Shown piece after piece: positions 28,262 through 36,969 of a stretch of 64,000 nt of DNA. The stretch is from an uncultured Oscillospiraceae bacterium (lineage in GTDB: Bacteria; Bacillota; Clostridia; Christensenellales; CAG-138): assembly GCA_964411275.1 (NCBI GenBank), contig CAYPKG010000002.1, positions 25,669-89,668 of the forward strand. Reading direction: 5' to 3'. The notes beneath the pieces were generated by a model. That model was not told the origin of the DNA and ran no database searches. It saw nothing but the letters and a program-made list of their open reading frames with translations. A program made the translations under genes and the position numbers. Position 1 is the stretch's first letter; each line of letters starts with the position of its first letter.

Positions 28262-30838
28262 TTACAATCCCAACAGCGAACCCAGCTGGAATATCAAAAG
28301 ACTGACGAGATACGCACAGGCGATCTGATATATGATCATAAACCAGGTGAGTTTTTTGCTGTTTAGCTCACGGCGCATTGTGGCAACTGCCGCCATGCAG
28401 GGGGTATACAGCAGGACGAACGTCAAAAAGCTGAACGCGGCCAAAGGCGTAAACGTGCCGGATAACGACGCGCGGACAGCCGCGTCCCCAGCCGCAGCGG
28501 AAAAGCCGTAAAACAGCGACAGGGAGGAAACAACGGCCTCCTTGGCGATGACGCCGGACAGGAGAGCCACCACCGCTTGCCACGCACCAAAGCCCAAGGG
28601 GACAAACGCCGGGGCCAGCGCCCCGCCCAGGGTGCCCAGGATGCTGTCGGCGCTGTCCGCAACCATGCGAAAGCGCAGATCGAAGCTTTGCAAAAACCAA
28701 AGTACGATGCTCATGGCCAGGATGATGGTACCCGCCTTCTCTAAAAAGTGGGTGACCCGCTCGCCCACATGCTGCAATGTGTTTTTGAGGGTTGGCAGCC
28801 GGTAAGGCGGCAGTTCCAGCACAAAGGGGGCATCCTCCCCCTTGAGGATTGTCTTCTTAAACAATAATCCCGTAAGAACGCCCACAACAATTCCAAGGAC
28901 ATACATGGAAAACATCACGATCCCCGCATAACGGCCAAAAAACGCCCTGGCAATCAGTTTGTACACGGGTAATTTGGCCGAACAGCTCATGAACGGCAGC
29001 AGCAGGATCGTCATGCGCCGGTCCTTTTCGTTTTCCATGGTACGCGCCCCCATCGTGGCGGGAACGGTACAGCCAAAGCCCATGAGCAGCGGTATAAAGG
29101 ATTTTCCGGACAATCCAAAACGCCGCAGAAGCTTATCCATGATAAACGCCGTGCGCGAGAGATACCCGCTGTCCTCCAACAGCGACAGGCAGAAGAACAA
29201 CAGCGCAATCTGGGGCAGGAATGTCAAAACCCCGCCAACGCCCGAAATGACGCCGTCGCAGATGAGGCTCACCAGCCAGCCGGAGGTGCCAAGGCCCGTA
29301 AGCCAGGTTTCCATAAACGGTGCGAGCACGCCGCCGATCAGCTGCTCCACCTGCTCAGACAGCCAGGCTCCCACGGTCCCGAACGTCAGGGAGAATATGA
29401 GGAGCATCACCACTAGAAACAGCGGGATCGCCAGATATTTATTCGTCAGAAGATCGTCGATTTTATCGGATACGCTCTTTTCCCCAAATTCTTTCTTGCG
29501 CTTGAGCGACACGGCGCTGACGCGGGAGATGTATTTATAGCGGCTGTCCGCCACCCGGGTTTCGTTGTCGTTTAGCTGATCCGTACCGGAATAGGCGCGC
29601 AGGATGGCCTCCAGCGCCTCCTGCTCCGGTACACTCAGGTTCAGCGCCTCGCGCACCAGCTTGTCGCCCTCCAGAAGCTTGATTTCCGCCCAGTGGGTAG
29701 GAAGCCCGGCTTCGTCCGCCTTGCTGCCGATGATTTCTCCGATTTCGTGGTGGAATGCGTGGGTAACGTCATCGTATAAATCGTCCGGTTCGATGCAAAA
29801 GCCCCGGTGCAGCTGCTCGTGTACCAAAGTAATGAGAAGCTCGCATTGGCGCAGCAGCTCCTCGATACCCTGGCCGGTCCGGGCGCTGATGGGCACCACC
29901 GGCACGCCTAGCTCCAACGACAGCCTGTGAAAGTCGATTTGATCGCCGTTTTTTTCCACCTCGTCCATCATGTTCAAAGCCACGATCATGGGCCGTTCCA
30001 GCTCCATCAGCTGGACGGTGAGGTACAAATTCCGCTCCAAATTCGTGCCGTCCACAATATTGATGATGGCTTCCGGCTTTTCCTGCACCACAAAATTCCG
30101 GGCCACGACCTCTTCCATGGAATAGGGGGAGAGGGAGTAGATGCCCGGCAGATCCACCAGTGTCATATCGTGATTGTGGGCGCGCAGCTTGCCCTCTTTC
30201 TTTTCCACGGTGACGCCGGGCCAGTTGCCCACATATTCCCGGGCGCCGGTCATGGCGTTAAAAAGGGTGGTTTTGCCGGAGTTGGGGTTTCCCACCAGGG
30301 CGAGCTTGATGGGCCGGTGGTCTGCGCGGGGGACAAAGCCTTTCTTTGGTGCTTTTTTGTTTGTGGCTTGAGGATGGGCCTTGCCGCAACGGGCGCAGTC
30401 ACCATCGCAGTTATGACAGCAGGGGACGGGGATTGTGATGTCCTCTCCGGTGTTTTGCGCCGCTAAAATCCAGTCGGTCAGACGGGCCGCCCGCTCGTGG
30501 GCGGCATGGTCTGAAACTTCGCTGTGGGCTTGCAGCCGCGCAGTGGCGGTTTTTTCCCGCTCCTCGTTGGCGGCGCGTTCCCAGGCAAGCGCCTGCTCCG
30601 CCTCGTCCGGCTCTAAAAGGGTGATGCACAGGGCGTCCGCCTGCCTCAATGACATGGAATAGCCCCTTAGATGCACCTCGATTGGGTCGCCCAGAGGCGC
30701 GATTTTATGAACCATGATGTTGGTCATGGGGGTGATCCCCATGTCCACCAGCCGGCGTTTGACCCGCGGATCGTCGCTGCCTACGCTGCGCACATATCCG
30801 CTTTCGCCAGGTGCAAGCATGCCCAATGTCCTTCGCAT
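28262..30838 (-). CDS. feoB: FeoA-FeoB fusion ferrous iron transporter
   Basis: N-terminal FeoA (RRLVDMGITP..IAPLGDPIEVHLRGYSMSLR), G-motifs GNPNSGKTT, VGNWPGVTVE, DLPGIYSL and NMMD, then a gate-domain TM region. Confidence 0.95.
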   Translation of the reverse strand: MRRTLGMLAPGESGYVRSVGSDDPRVKRRLVDMGITPMTNIMVHKIAPLGDPIEVHLRGYSMSLRQADALCITLLEPDEAEQALAWERAANEEREKTATARLQAHSEVSDHAAHERAARLTDWILAAQNTGEDITIPVPCCHNCDGDCARCGKAHPQATNKKAPKKGFVPRADHRPIKLALVGNPNSGKTTLFNAMTGAREYVGNWPGVTVEKKEGKLRAHNHDMTLVDLPGIYSLSPYSMEEVVARNFVVQEKPEAIINIVDGTNLERNLYLTVQLMELERPMIVALNMMDEVEKNGDQIDFHRLSLELGVPVVPISARTGQGIEELLRQCELLITLVHEQLHRGFCIEPDDLYDDVTHAFHHEIGEIIGSKADEAGLPTHWAEIKLLEGDKLVREALNLSVPEQEALEAILRAYSGTDQLNDNETRVADSRYKYISRVSAVSLKRKKEFGEKSVSDKIDDLLTNKYLAIPLFLVVMLLIFSLTFGTVGAWLSEQVEQLIGGVLAPFMETWLTGLGTSGWLVSLICDGVISGVGGVLTFLPQIALLFFCLSLLEDSGYLSRTAFIMDKLLRRFGLSGKSFIPLLMGFGCTVPATMGARTMENEKDRRMTILLLPFMSCSAKLPVYKLIARAFFGRYAGIVMFSMYVLGIVVGVLTGLLFKKTILKGEDAPFVLELPPYRLPTLKNTLQHVGERVTHFLEKAGTIILAMSIVLWFLQSFDLRFRMVADSADSILGTLGGALAPAFVPLGFGAWQAVVALLSGVIAKEAVVSSLSLFYGFSAAAGDAAVRASLSGTFTPLAAFSFLTFVLLYTPCMAAVATMRRELNSKKLTWFMIIYQIACAYLVSLLIFQLGSLLGL

Positions 30839-30883
30839 GGTAAGTTTTCTCCCCTATAAATCTATACACAACCCCGATCCGGG

Positions 30884-30899
30884 GTTAGGTTACCCTAAC
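30884..30899. promoter_or_regulatory. DtxR/IdeR-type operator upstream of feoAB
   Basis: GTTAGG-TTAC-CCTAAC palindrome. TTAGGTTACCCTAAC matches the first 15 nt of the DtxR consensus TTAGGTTAGCCTAACCTAA at 14 positions. Confidence 0.65.
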
Positions 30900-30914
30900 A
30901 TTCACTACAGTATA

Positions 30915-31442
30915 TCAGACCGATACGCCATTGACCAGACTATTATAAGAAAGCGGTGCATGATTTTTGTAGGTTGCATAGGCATATGTGAGTTCTTGGT
31001 AGGTTTCCCTTGGCCCGCAATCGGCAAGGGACCAATCGGGGCGTTCGGCCAGATTGGGGAGGTACCGGTCCGGCTTGCCGTCGGCGTAGACATGGGTGAT
31101 GAGAGCTTCCTCACAATAGGGGAATAGCGCCTGGTAGATTTGCGCTCCTCCCGCCACAAAAATTTTCCTTTTGGCGAATGCGTTAATCAGTTTCGGCAAC
31201 GCCTCCAAGCCGGGGCATGGGATACAACCTTCGGGCAGCGTTGCGCCCCTGGTAAGAATGATATGGGTACGTTCCGGCAACGGGTTCCCGCCGGGGAGGG
31301 ACTCCAGGGTTTTTCGGCCCATTATGAGCACGCCGCCCATTGTGATTTGCTTAAAATGCTTCAGGTCCGGGGGCAGGCGAAACAACAGTCCGCCATATCT
31401 ACCGATGCCCCAGTTTTCGTCCACTACTGCGATAAGCTTCAT
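30915..31442 (-). CDS. folA: Dihydrofolate reductase
   Basis: Motifs IAVVDENWGIG, DLKHFKQIT, IMGRKTLESLP and GGAQIY. It follows thyA. Confidence 0.95.
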   Translation of the reverse strand: MKLIAVVDENWGIGRYGGLLFRLPPDLKHFKQITMGGVLIMGRKTLESLPGGNPLPERTHIILTRGATLPEGCIPCPGLEALPKLINAFAKRKIFVAGGAQIYQALFPYCEEALITHVYADGKPDRYLPNLAERPDWSLADCGPRETYQELTYAYATYKNHAPLSYNSLVNGVSV

Positions 31443-31455
31443 ATTTGCCTCCATA

Positions 31456-32283
31456 CTATATAGCCACCGGGATTTTGTGGGGAAATGGCTGATACTGATA
31501 GTCGATCAACCGGAAGCTGTCGCGGGTGAACGCGTAAAAATCCGTGATCTCGCCGATTTCCAGCCTGGGTGCGGGGAGGGGGGCGTTTTTTATCATTTCC
31601 TCTATCAGCGGCACATGACGGTCGTATATATGCGCGTCGGCGATGACGTGCACAAGCTCCCCGGGAATGAGGCCGCTAACCTTTGCGAACATGTTAACCA
31701 GGATGGCGTATTGGCACACGTTCCAGTTATTGGCGGTAAGCATGTCCTGGGAGCGCTGGTTTAGTATGGCGTTTAACACGTTTCCCGTGACGTTGAATGT
31801 CATGCTGTAGGCGCAGGGATACAGCGCCATTTCATGTAAATCGCTGTGAACGTATAAATTCGTCATGATCCGGCGGCTTTGGGGATTGTTTTTCAAATCA
31901 AAAAGCACCCGGTCCACCTGATCGAACATGCCCTCCCGGTATATATGCTTGACCCCCAGCTGATAGCCGTAGGCTTTGCCGATGCTGCCGGTTTCATCCG
32001 CCCAGGCGTCCCATACATGGCCCTTTAATTCGTTCACGTCGTTGGATTTTTTTTGCCAGATCCATAATAGCTCGTCCACGGCGCTTTTTAAGTAGGTGCG
32101 CCGGATGGTGAGGATGGGAAACTCTTTCGCGAGGTTATACCGGTTGACGATGCCAAATTTTTTTACCGTGTGGGCGGGCGCGCCATCCTCCCAGCGGGGA
32201 CGGACGGGTAGGCCTGTGTCCCAAAATCCGTTTGTGAGGATGTCCCTGCAGTTGTGGATGAATACCGTATCCGCATAGCTCAT
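31456..32283 (-). CDS. thyA: Thymidylate synthase
   Basis: Motifs ELLWIW, IGKAYGYQ, SRRI, MALYPC, NQRSQDM and DAHIYDRH. Confidence 0.96.
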   Translation of the reverse strand: MSYADTVFIHNCRDILTNGFWDTGLPVRPRWEDGAPAHTVKKFGIVNRYNLAKEFPILTIRRTYLKSAVDELLWIWQKKSNDVNELKGHVWDAWADETGSIGKAYGYQLGVKHIYREGMFDQVDRVLFDLKNNPQSRRIMTNLYVHSDLHEMALYPCAYSMTFNVTGNVLNAILNQRSQDMLTANNWNVCQYAILVNMFAKVSGLIPGELVHVIADAHIYDRHVPLIEEMIKNAPLPAPRLEIGEITDFYAFTRDSFRLIDYQYQPFPHKIPVAI

Positions 32284-32400
32284 AATGCGCGTCCCCCTTC
32301 AAAAGCCGTTCTTTTGCCATTATACAGGATATGATTGCAATTGAAAACAGGCATTGGATTTGATAATATGAGGTATCGAAACAAATAGGAGGCAATATAA

Positions 32401-33516
32401 ATGGAAAAATCCAAGGTATATATGACCACATTCCGGACCCGGGTGGGCGTGAGCCAGCTCACAAAGTTTCGAAAGCTGCTGGAAGCTGCCGGAATGGGCG
32501 GGATCGATTTTGCGGACAAGTTTACCGCCATCAAAATCCATTTTGGCGAGCCGGGCAACCTGGCGTTTCTTAGGCCTAATTACGCGAAGGTGGTTGCGGA
32601 TTACATCAAAGAGTTGGGCGGCAAACCGTTTTTAACCGACTGCAACACCCTGTACGTAGGCAGGCGGAAGAACGCGCTGGAGCATATCGAGGCGGCATAC
32701 GAAAATGGCTATTCTCCGTTTTCCACCGGCTGTCACGTGATCATCGCCGACGGACTGAAGGGTACCGACGATATCCGGGTGCCGGTGCCCGGAGGCGAGC
32801 TTGTACAGGAAGCGAAAATCGGCAGGGCGGTGATGGACGCGGATATCGTCATCTCCCTTAGCCATTTCAAGGGGCATGAGGCCACTGGCTTTGGCGGGGC
32901 CTTGAAAAACATCGGCATGGGCTGCGGCTCCCGGGCGGGGAAGATGGAGATGCATTCGGATGGAAAGCCGCTGACGCACAATGACGCGTGCCGGGGCTGC
33001 CGGGAATGTGCCAACTATTGCGCCCACGACGCCATATCTTTTGTCAACCACAAGGCGGTAATCGACCTAAGCCGCTGTACGGGCTGCGGCCGGTGCATGG
33101 GCGTTTGCCGGTATGACGCGCTGTATTCGGACTTTGATGCACAGTCAAAAGACCTGTTGTGCAAGAAGATGGCGGAGTACGCCTGCGCTGTATTGCACGG
33201 CAGGCCCCAGTTCCACATCAGCCTTATCGTGGACGTTTCGCCGAATTGCGATTGTCATTGTGAAAGCGACGCCCCCATCGTGCAGGACATCGGCATGCTG
33301 GCCTCGTTCGATCCGGTGGCCCTGGATTGCGCCTGCGCGGATCTTGTGAACGCGGCGGAGCCTCTTCCCGGCAGCCTGCTTTCCGAGCAGGAGCAGCGTT
33401 GCGACCACTTCGCGTCCATCCATCCTGTCACCAACTGGCGGGTTTGCACGGAGCATGCGGAAAAATTGGCGCTGGGGCAGCGCGGGTACGAGCTGATCGC
33501 TTTGGACAATAAATGA
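32401..33516 (+). CDS. DUF362 protein with 2x[4Fe-4S] ferredoxin domain
   Basis: Motifs AIKIHFGEPGN, LSHFKGH and GGALKNIGMGC, with ferredoxin motifs CRGCRECANYC and CTGCGRCMGVC. Confidence 0.88.
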   Translation: MEKSKVYMTTFRTRVGVSQLTKFRKLLEAAGMGGIDFADKFTAIKIHFGEPGNLAFLRPNYAKVVADYIKELGGKPFLTDCNTLYVGRRKNALEHIEAAYENGYSPFSTGCHVIIADGLKGTDDIRVPVPGGELVQEAKIGRAVMDADIVISLSHFKGHEATGFGGALKNIGMGCGSRAGKMEMHSDGKPLTHNDACRGCRECANYCAHDAISFVNHKAVIDLSRCTGCGRCMGVCRYDALYSDFDAQSKDLLCKKMAEYACAVLHGRPQFHISLIVDVSPNCDCHCESDAPIVQDIGMLASFDPVALDCACADLVNAAEPLPGSLLSEQEQRCDHFASIHPVTNWRVCTEHAEKLALGQRGYELIALDNK

Positions 33517-34397
33517 AAAAGGGAGTAGGGTACGTACTTCTTGGCGCTGCGTTGTGGGCTACGTTGCCTGCGTTTAGCCGGTTTGTGTACGCAATCGGAA
33601 GCGACCCCATCACGGCAGCCGCAATGCGGGCGTACATAGCGTCGCTGGTGTTTCTAGTCTGGTTTCTTATAGACGGGACATTTAAGACGATCAAAGTAAA
33701 AGAGCTGCCGTTCTATATTGTGTATGGACTTTGCGGTGTGGGCGGCACGTTTATATTCTATATGCTGGCGGTGGAAATGCTCTCTACCGCCATGGCCGCC
33801 ATGCTCCTGTATACCGCGCCCGCGTTTGTTATCGTCCTCAACCGGATTTTTTATCGTGAGCCCATCACAAAGCGAAAACTTACCGCGCTGCTGCTGACGG
33901 TGCTGGGCTGCTTTTTCGTGGTGCGGGGGTATGACATGTCCTCCGTCGTGAATAATGCCACAGGGCTTTTGATCGGGCTATTGTCCGGCATTTGCTATTC
34001 TATGGTGACGGTGCTTGGCCGCAAGGCGCAGCAAATGCACTCCTCGAGAACCAACGCCGGAATGATGATGCTCATGGGCACGCTGGTGTTTTTGTTTTTA
34101 CGTCCCCCGTGGAAGCTGCCCGCGCCTACGCCCGCGCTTTGGGCGGGGTATGCAGGGCTTGCGCTGTTTGGCAGCGTGTTTTCATATCTGGCGTACCTAA
34201 AAGGCATGGACAGCGGCCTTGAGGGCGGCGTTGCCAGCATCACCGCCACGGCGGAACCGGTGATCGCCACGTTGCTCGGCGTGGTTTTGTTTCATGATCA
34301 GCTGGAATGGCTGCAGGTTATGGGCATGGCGATTGTGCTCTCGGGGGTGGCGTTGCCCCAGCTGAAAAAGAAGGAGCGCAAACCGGCGCTATCGTGA
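33513..34397 (+). CDS. EamA/DMT family transporter
   Basis: About 10 TM segments in two repeats. Motifs AAMLLYTAPAF and TAEPVIATLLG. ATGA overlap with the DUF362 gene. Confidence 0.9.
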   Translation: MKKGVGYVLLGAALWATLPAFSRFVYAIGSDPITAAAMRAYIASLVFLVWFLIDGTFKTIKVKELPFYIVYGLCGVGGTFIFYMLAVEMLSTAMAAMLLYTAPAFVIVLNRIFYREPITKRKLTALLLTVLGCFFVVRGYDMSSVVNNATGLLIGLLSGICYSMVTVLGRKAQQMHSSRTNAGMMMLMGTLVFLFLRPPWKLPAPTPALWAGYAGLALFGSVFSYLAYLKGMDSGLEGGVASITATAEPVIATLLGVVLFHDQLEWLQVMGMAIVLSGVALPQLKKKERKPALS

Positions 34398-34454
34398 TTG
34401 ATGAAGACGCTGCAATCCGCTGCCGCAAACCGGGTTCGGTTTACATTGCTTAGG

Positions 34455-35117
34455 CTAAGGCACCAGATTGAGAATTTGGGGTTTATCGCCTACATTGGCG
34501 TAAGTTTCGGGGATGTTGCCCACAATGATGGTTTCCACGATGGGCACCTGAGCCACGGAGTTCACGTTAAACGTGCCGCCTGGGACGACCACGCAAATTC
34601 GGGCGTTGAGTTCAATGGACACCCGGTGCAGCGTCTGGTTGATGCCGGCGGAGCGGAATTCGCTGTTGAGCTTTGCGTACACATTGCTTTCGGATGTGAA
34701 GGAAACCAGGACATTCGGGCCATGGCCGGAAAAGAGCGGCAGCCCCGATACGGTACCGATGGGCACGCGGATGCCTTTTTCCCCCGCCGCGTCCAGGTAT
34801 TCCTGGGCCCGCTGGGCGCAGGCGGCGGCGAATACGTTCAGGCGCTGGCTTTGCACCTGGCCGTACAGCACCTGACCGCCGTCTGAATAGATGTCCACAA
34901 GGGGTTCTGGCGCTTCATCGGCAAGCATGTCGAGCACCGCGCGGTACATGGCGTCCGACGCTTGCATGTCTACCCGAACATAGGCCGTATTTTCCAGCGC
35001 AGGCCGGAAATTGGCGTTTAACCCATACCATGCGAGGATGAATAGCACGGCAAACAGAACCAGCGCCAGCTTCAATTTTCGCTTTCGATTGAATGAAAAA
35101 CGCTTTGTGTATTCCAT
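34455..35117 (-). CDS. yunB: Sporulation protein YunB
   Basis: N-terminal TM helix, motifs IRVPIGTVSG, SEFRSAGINQTLHRVSI and VPIVETIIVGNIPETY. Confidence 0.88.
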   Translation of the reverse strand: MEYTKRFSFNRKRKLKLALVLFAVLFILAWYGLNANFRPALENTAYVRVDMQASDAMYRAVLDMLADEAPEPLVDIYSDGGQVLYGQVQSQRLNVFAAACAQRAQEYLDAAGEKGIRVPIGTVSGLPLFSGHGPNVLVSFTSESNVYAKLNSEFRSAGINQTLHRVSIELNARICVVVPGGTFNVNSVAQVPIVETIIVGNIPETYANVGDKPQILNLVP

Positions 35118-35307
35118 GCGCCTGTTCCTCCTGTTATACCTTATGCGGCAAAACCGGGAATGGTGCAGGGCAATCTGACATTTCCCTTCGGGATGAAATT
35201 TCGGTTGACTTCCCATCATAAGTCGCGTATAATGTGTCTGTGTTTTGCAAGGAAAAGCGCTCAGGCAACGGCACTGTGTAACGTTGCATCAGAGGGGAGG
35301 GAAAAAA

Positions 35308-35478
35308 ATGGAAATTCGTGTTGGTGAAAACGAGTCTCTGGAGAGTGCTCTCAAACGGTTTAAGCGCAAGTGCGCACGCTCTGGCGTTCTGGCGGAAGTC
35401 CGCAGGCGCGAGCATTACGAAAAGCCCAGCGTAAAACGTAAGAAAAAGGCTGAAGCGGCAAGGAAGCGGAAGTATTAA
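35308..35478 (+). CDS. rpsU: 30S ribosomal protein S21
   Basis: Sequence [44 protein letters not shown]. Confidence 0.97.
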   Translation: MEIRVGENESLESALKRFKRKCARSGVLAEVRRREHYEKPSVKRKKKAEAARKRKY

Positions 35479-35867
35479 TCGTAATGGCCAAAGGATTGCG
35501 CGGCAATTCCTTCCCGGCTGAACATTAAAGCACAGAGCCGGTTCCTGATGATGCATCACACAGTTTTCGGCATTAAGTCTCCTGGTCGATTGACCAGGGG
35601 ATTTTTCTTCCAGAAATTGCATGGGTAGGGCGTGCCAAAGAAAGCATACTAGCATCGAGGTTCTAAAAGGATCTTGCGTAAAGCCCCGGCATGCGCCGGG
35701 CAAGCGAATGGGCGGTAACACCGCCCATTACTTTGCTCAAAAGACAGCCGGTTAAGAAAAGCGGGGTTAAATCTACCGATGAGGTTTGACAATGAGACTG
35801 CTGGCTTTGGGAGTGAAAAAAGGACTTGCATTTTAAGCTTCTTTATTGTAACATATAACATGCGCTT

Positions 35868-35944
35868 GGGGATGTAGCCCAGCTGGTTAGAGCGCTTCGC
35901 TCACATCGAAGAGGTCGGGGGTTCGAGCCCCTCCATCCCCACCA
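35868..35944 (+). tRNA. tRNA-Val (anticodon CAC)
   Basis: 77-nt cloverleaf: acceptor GGGGATG/CATCCCC, anticodon arm CTTCG-CTCACAT-CGAAG, T arm GGTTCGAG, encoded CCA. Confidence 0.96.
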
Positions 35945-36132
35945 TAGACTAACAGGCAACCTTGCGGTTGCCTGTTAGTCTATGGTGCTGTATTAGCGGG
36001 GGCTCGAAGAGCGGAAGAGCAAACGATCCGGCGAATCGTTTGCCCGCCCCGGGAAGCGCCGCCGCCCAAGGATGCGCAGCGCGGAGCGCAAGCATCGGGT
36101 GGCGAAGCTAAAGAGCCCCTCCATCCTTGGGC
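35945..36132. repeat. tRNA-associated palindromic / MITE-like element
   Basis: A perfect hairpin extends from the tRNA CCA. It is followed by an inverted T-arm copy (ggggctcgaa), internal hairpins and a 14-bp direct copy of the tRNA 3' arm (gagcccctccatcc, 36113-36126). Confidence 0.7.
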
Positions 36133-36270
36133 ATTTTTTTGTGCCTTGCGGTTGAAGTTTAATGCATATTTGGTGATTTGAGCCCCATTTTGAGCCACAT
36201 ACGTACCTAATTTTGTACCGGGAGAACGAAACCTAACGCCATATATATTACTGCACACTACGCCCAAAGG

Positions 36271-36594
36271 TTATTTTTGCAGCGCTTTGATATAGCCAAT
36301 CACTTTATTCTTATTGTCATGATTGAGGGCACGATAGGATGCAATCAAGTCTGCCTCATTTACATTAAGATTATCGATAATGAGAGAATTGACGGGCATA
36401 GCGATGTCTGTCAAATCCAGAAGATAATCGGTGGAGCAATTAAAGTAATTCGCTAATTTCAACAAGGTATCTGCTGTAGGCATAGCCTTACCATTTTCAT
36501 ATGCGCTGATTGTTTCTTGCTGTACGCCTATCTCAATACCTAAATTCAATTGAGTTTGCTTCTTTTTCTCTCTTAATATTTTTAAGTTCTTCAT
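36271..36594 (-). CDS. XRE-family HTH transcriptional regulator
   Basis: Sequence LKILREKKKQTQLNLG..IGVQQETISAYENG..P..L.KLANYFNCSTDYLL. AT-rich. Confidence 0.92.
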   Translation of the reverse strand: MKNLKILREKKKQTQLNLGIEIGVQQETISAYENGKAMPTADTLLKLANYFNCSTDYLLDLTDIAMPVNSLIIDNLNVNEADLIASYRALNHDNKNKVIGYIKALQK

Positions 36595-36708
36595 ATATAA
36601 AATCTCCATTTATAATTTATATTTATTAATGATAGAGATATATATTGAATTTATCAAGATATATAGCTTATCATTTCAGAAATACAATCTGTACCGGAGG
36701 TGATAAGC

Positions 36709-36777
36709 ATACGAAATTATCAAACTATGTATATGCAGCTTGCAGGAAAGGTCGCGGACGCAACGGAAGATAGCTAA
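36709..36777 (+). pseudogene. Decayed small ORF divergent from the XRE gene
   Basis: GGAGGTG RBS is followed by ATA rather than ATG, reading (I)RNYQTMYMQLAGKVADATEDS*. Confidence 0.4.
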
Positions 36778-36969
36778 AACACGTAATATCCCTGAGCACC
36801 CCTTGGCTTAACGGCGCCATCCCCCTGGAAAAGAATCAATGATAATCAAATTCATACGAAACACTTCCTTTTTATGAACAATTTTGGTACAATAAACCTG
36901 TATGGTGCGTAGTAAGAAAGCCGTACAATGCGGTTAAACCGCGATTATTCAAAAGGAGGATCGAACCAT

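Noticed and set aside
32320-32400. Fur/PerR box upstream of the DUF362 gene
   Set aside because: The AT-rich sequence gives only a weak partial match.
35600-35820. 6S RNA
   Set aside because: The candidate closing stem spans only about 95 nt and no central bubble architecture is evident. It is kept only as an unassigned structured region.
36880-36969. Purine riboswitch ahead of the BMP lipoprotein gene
   Set aside because: Two small hairpins are present, but the conserved purine-aptamer core sequences are missing.
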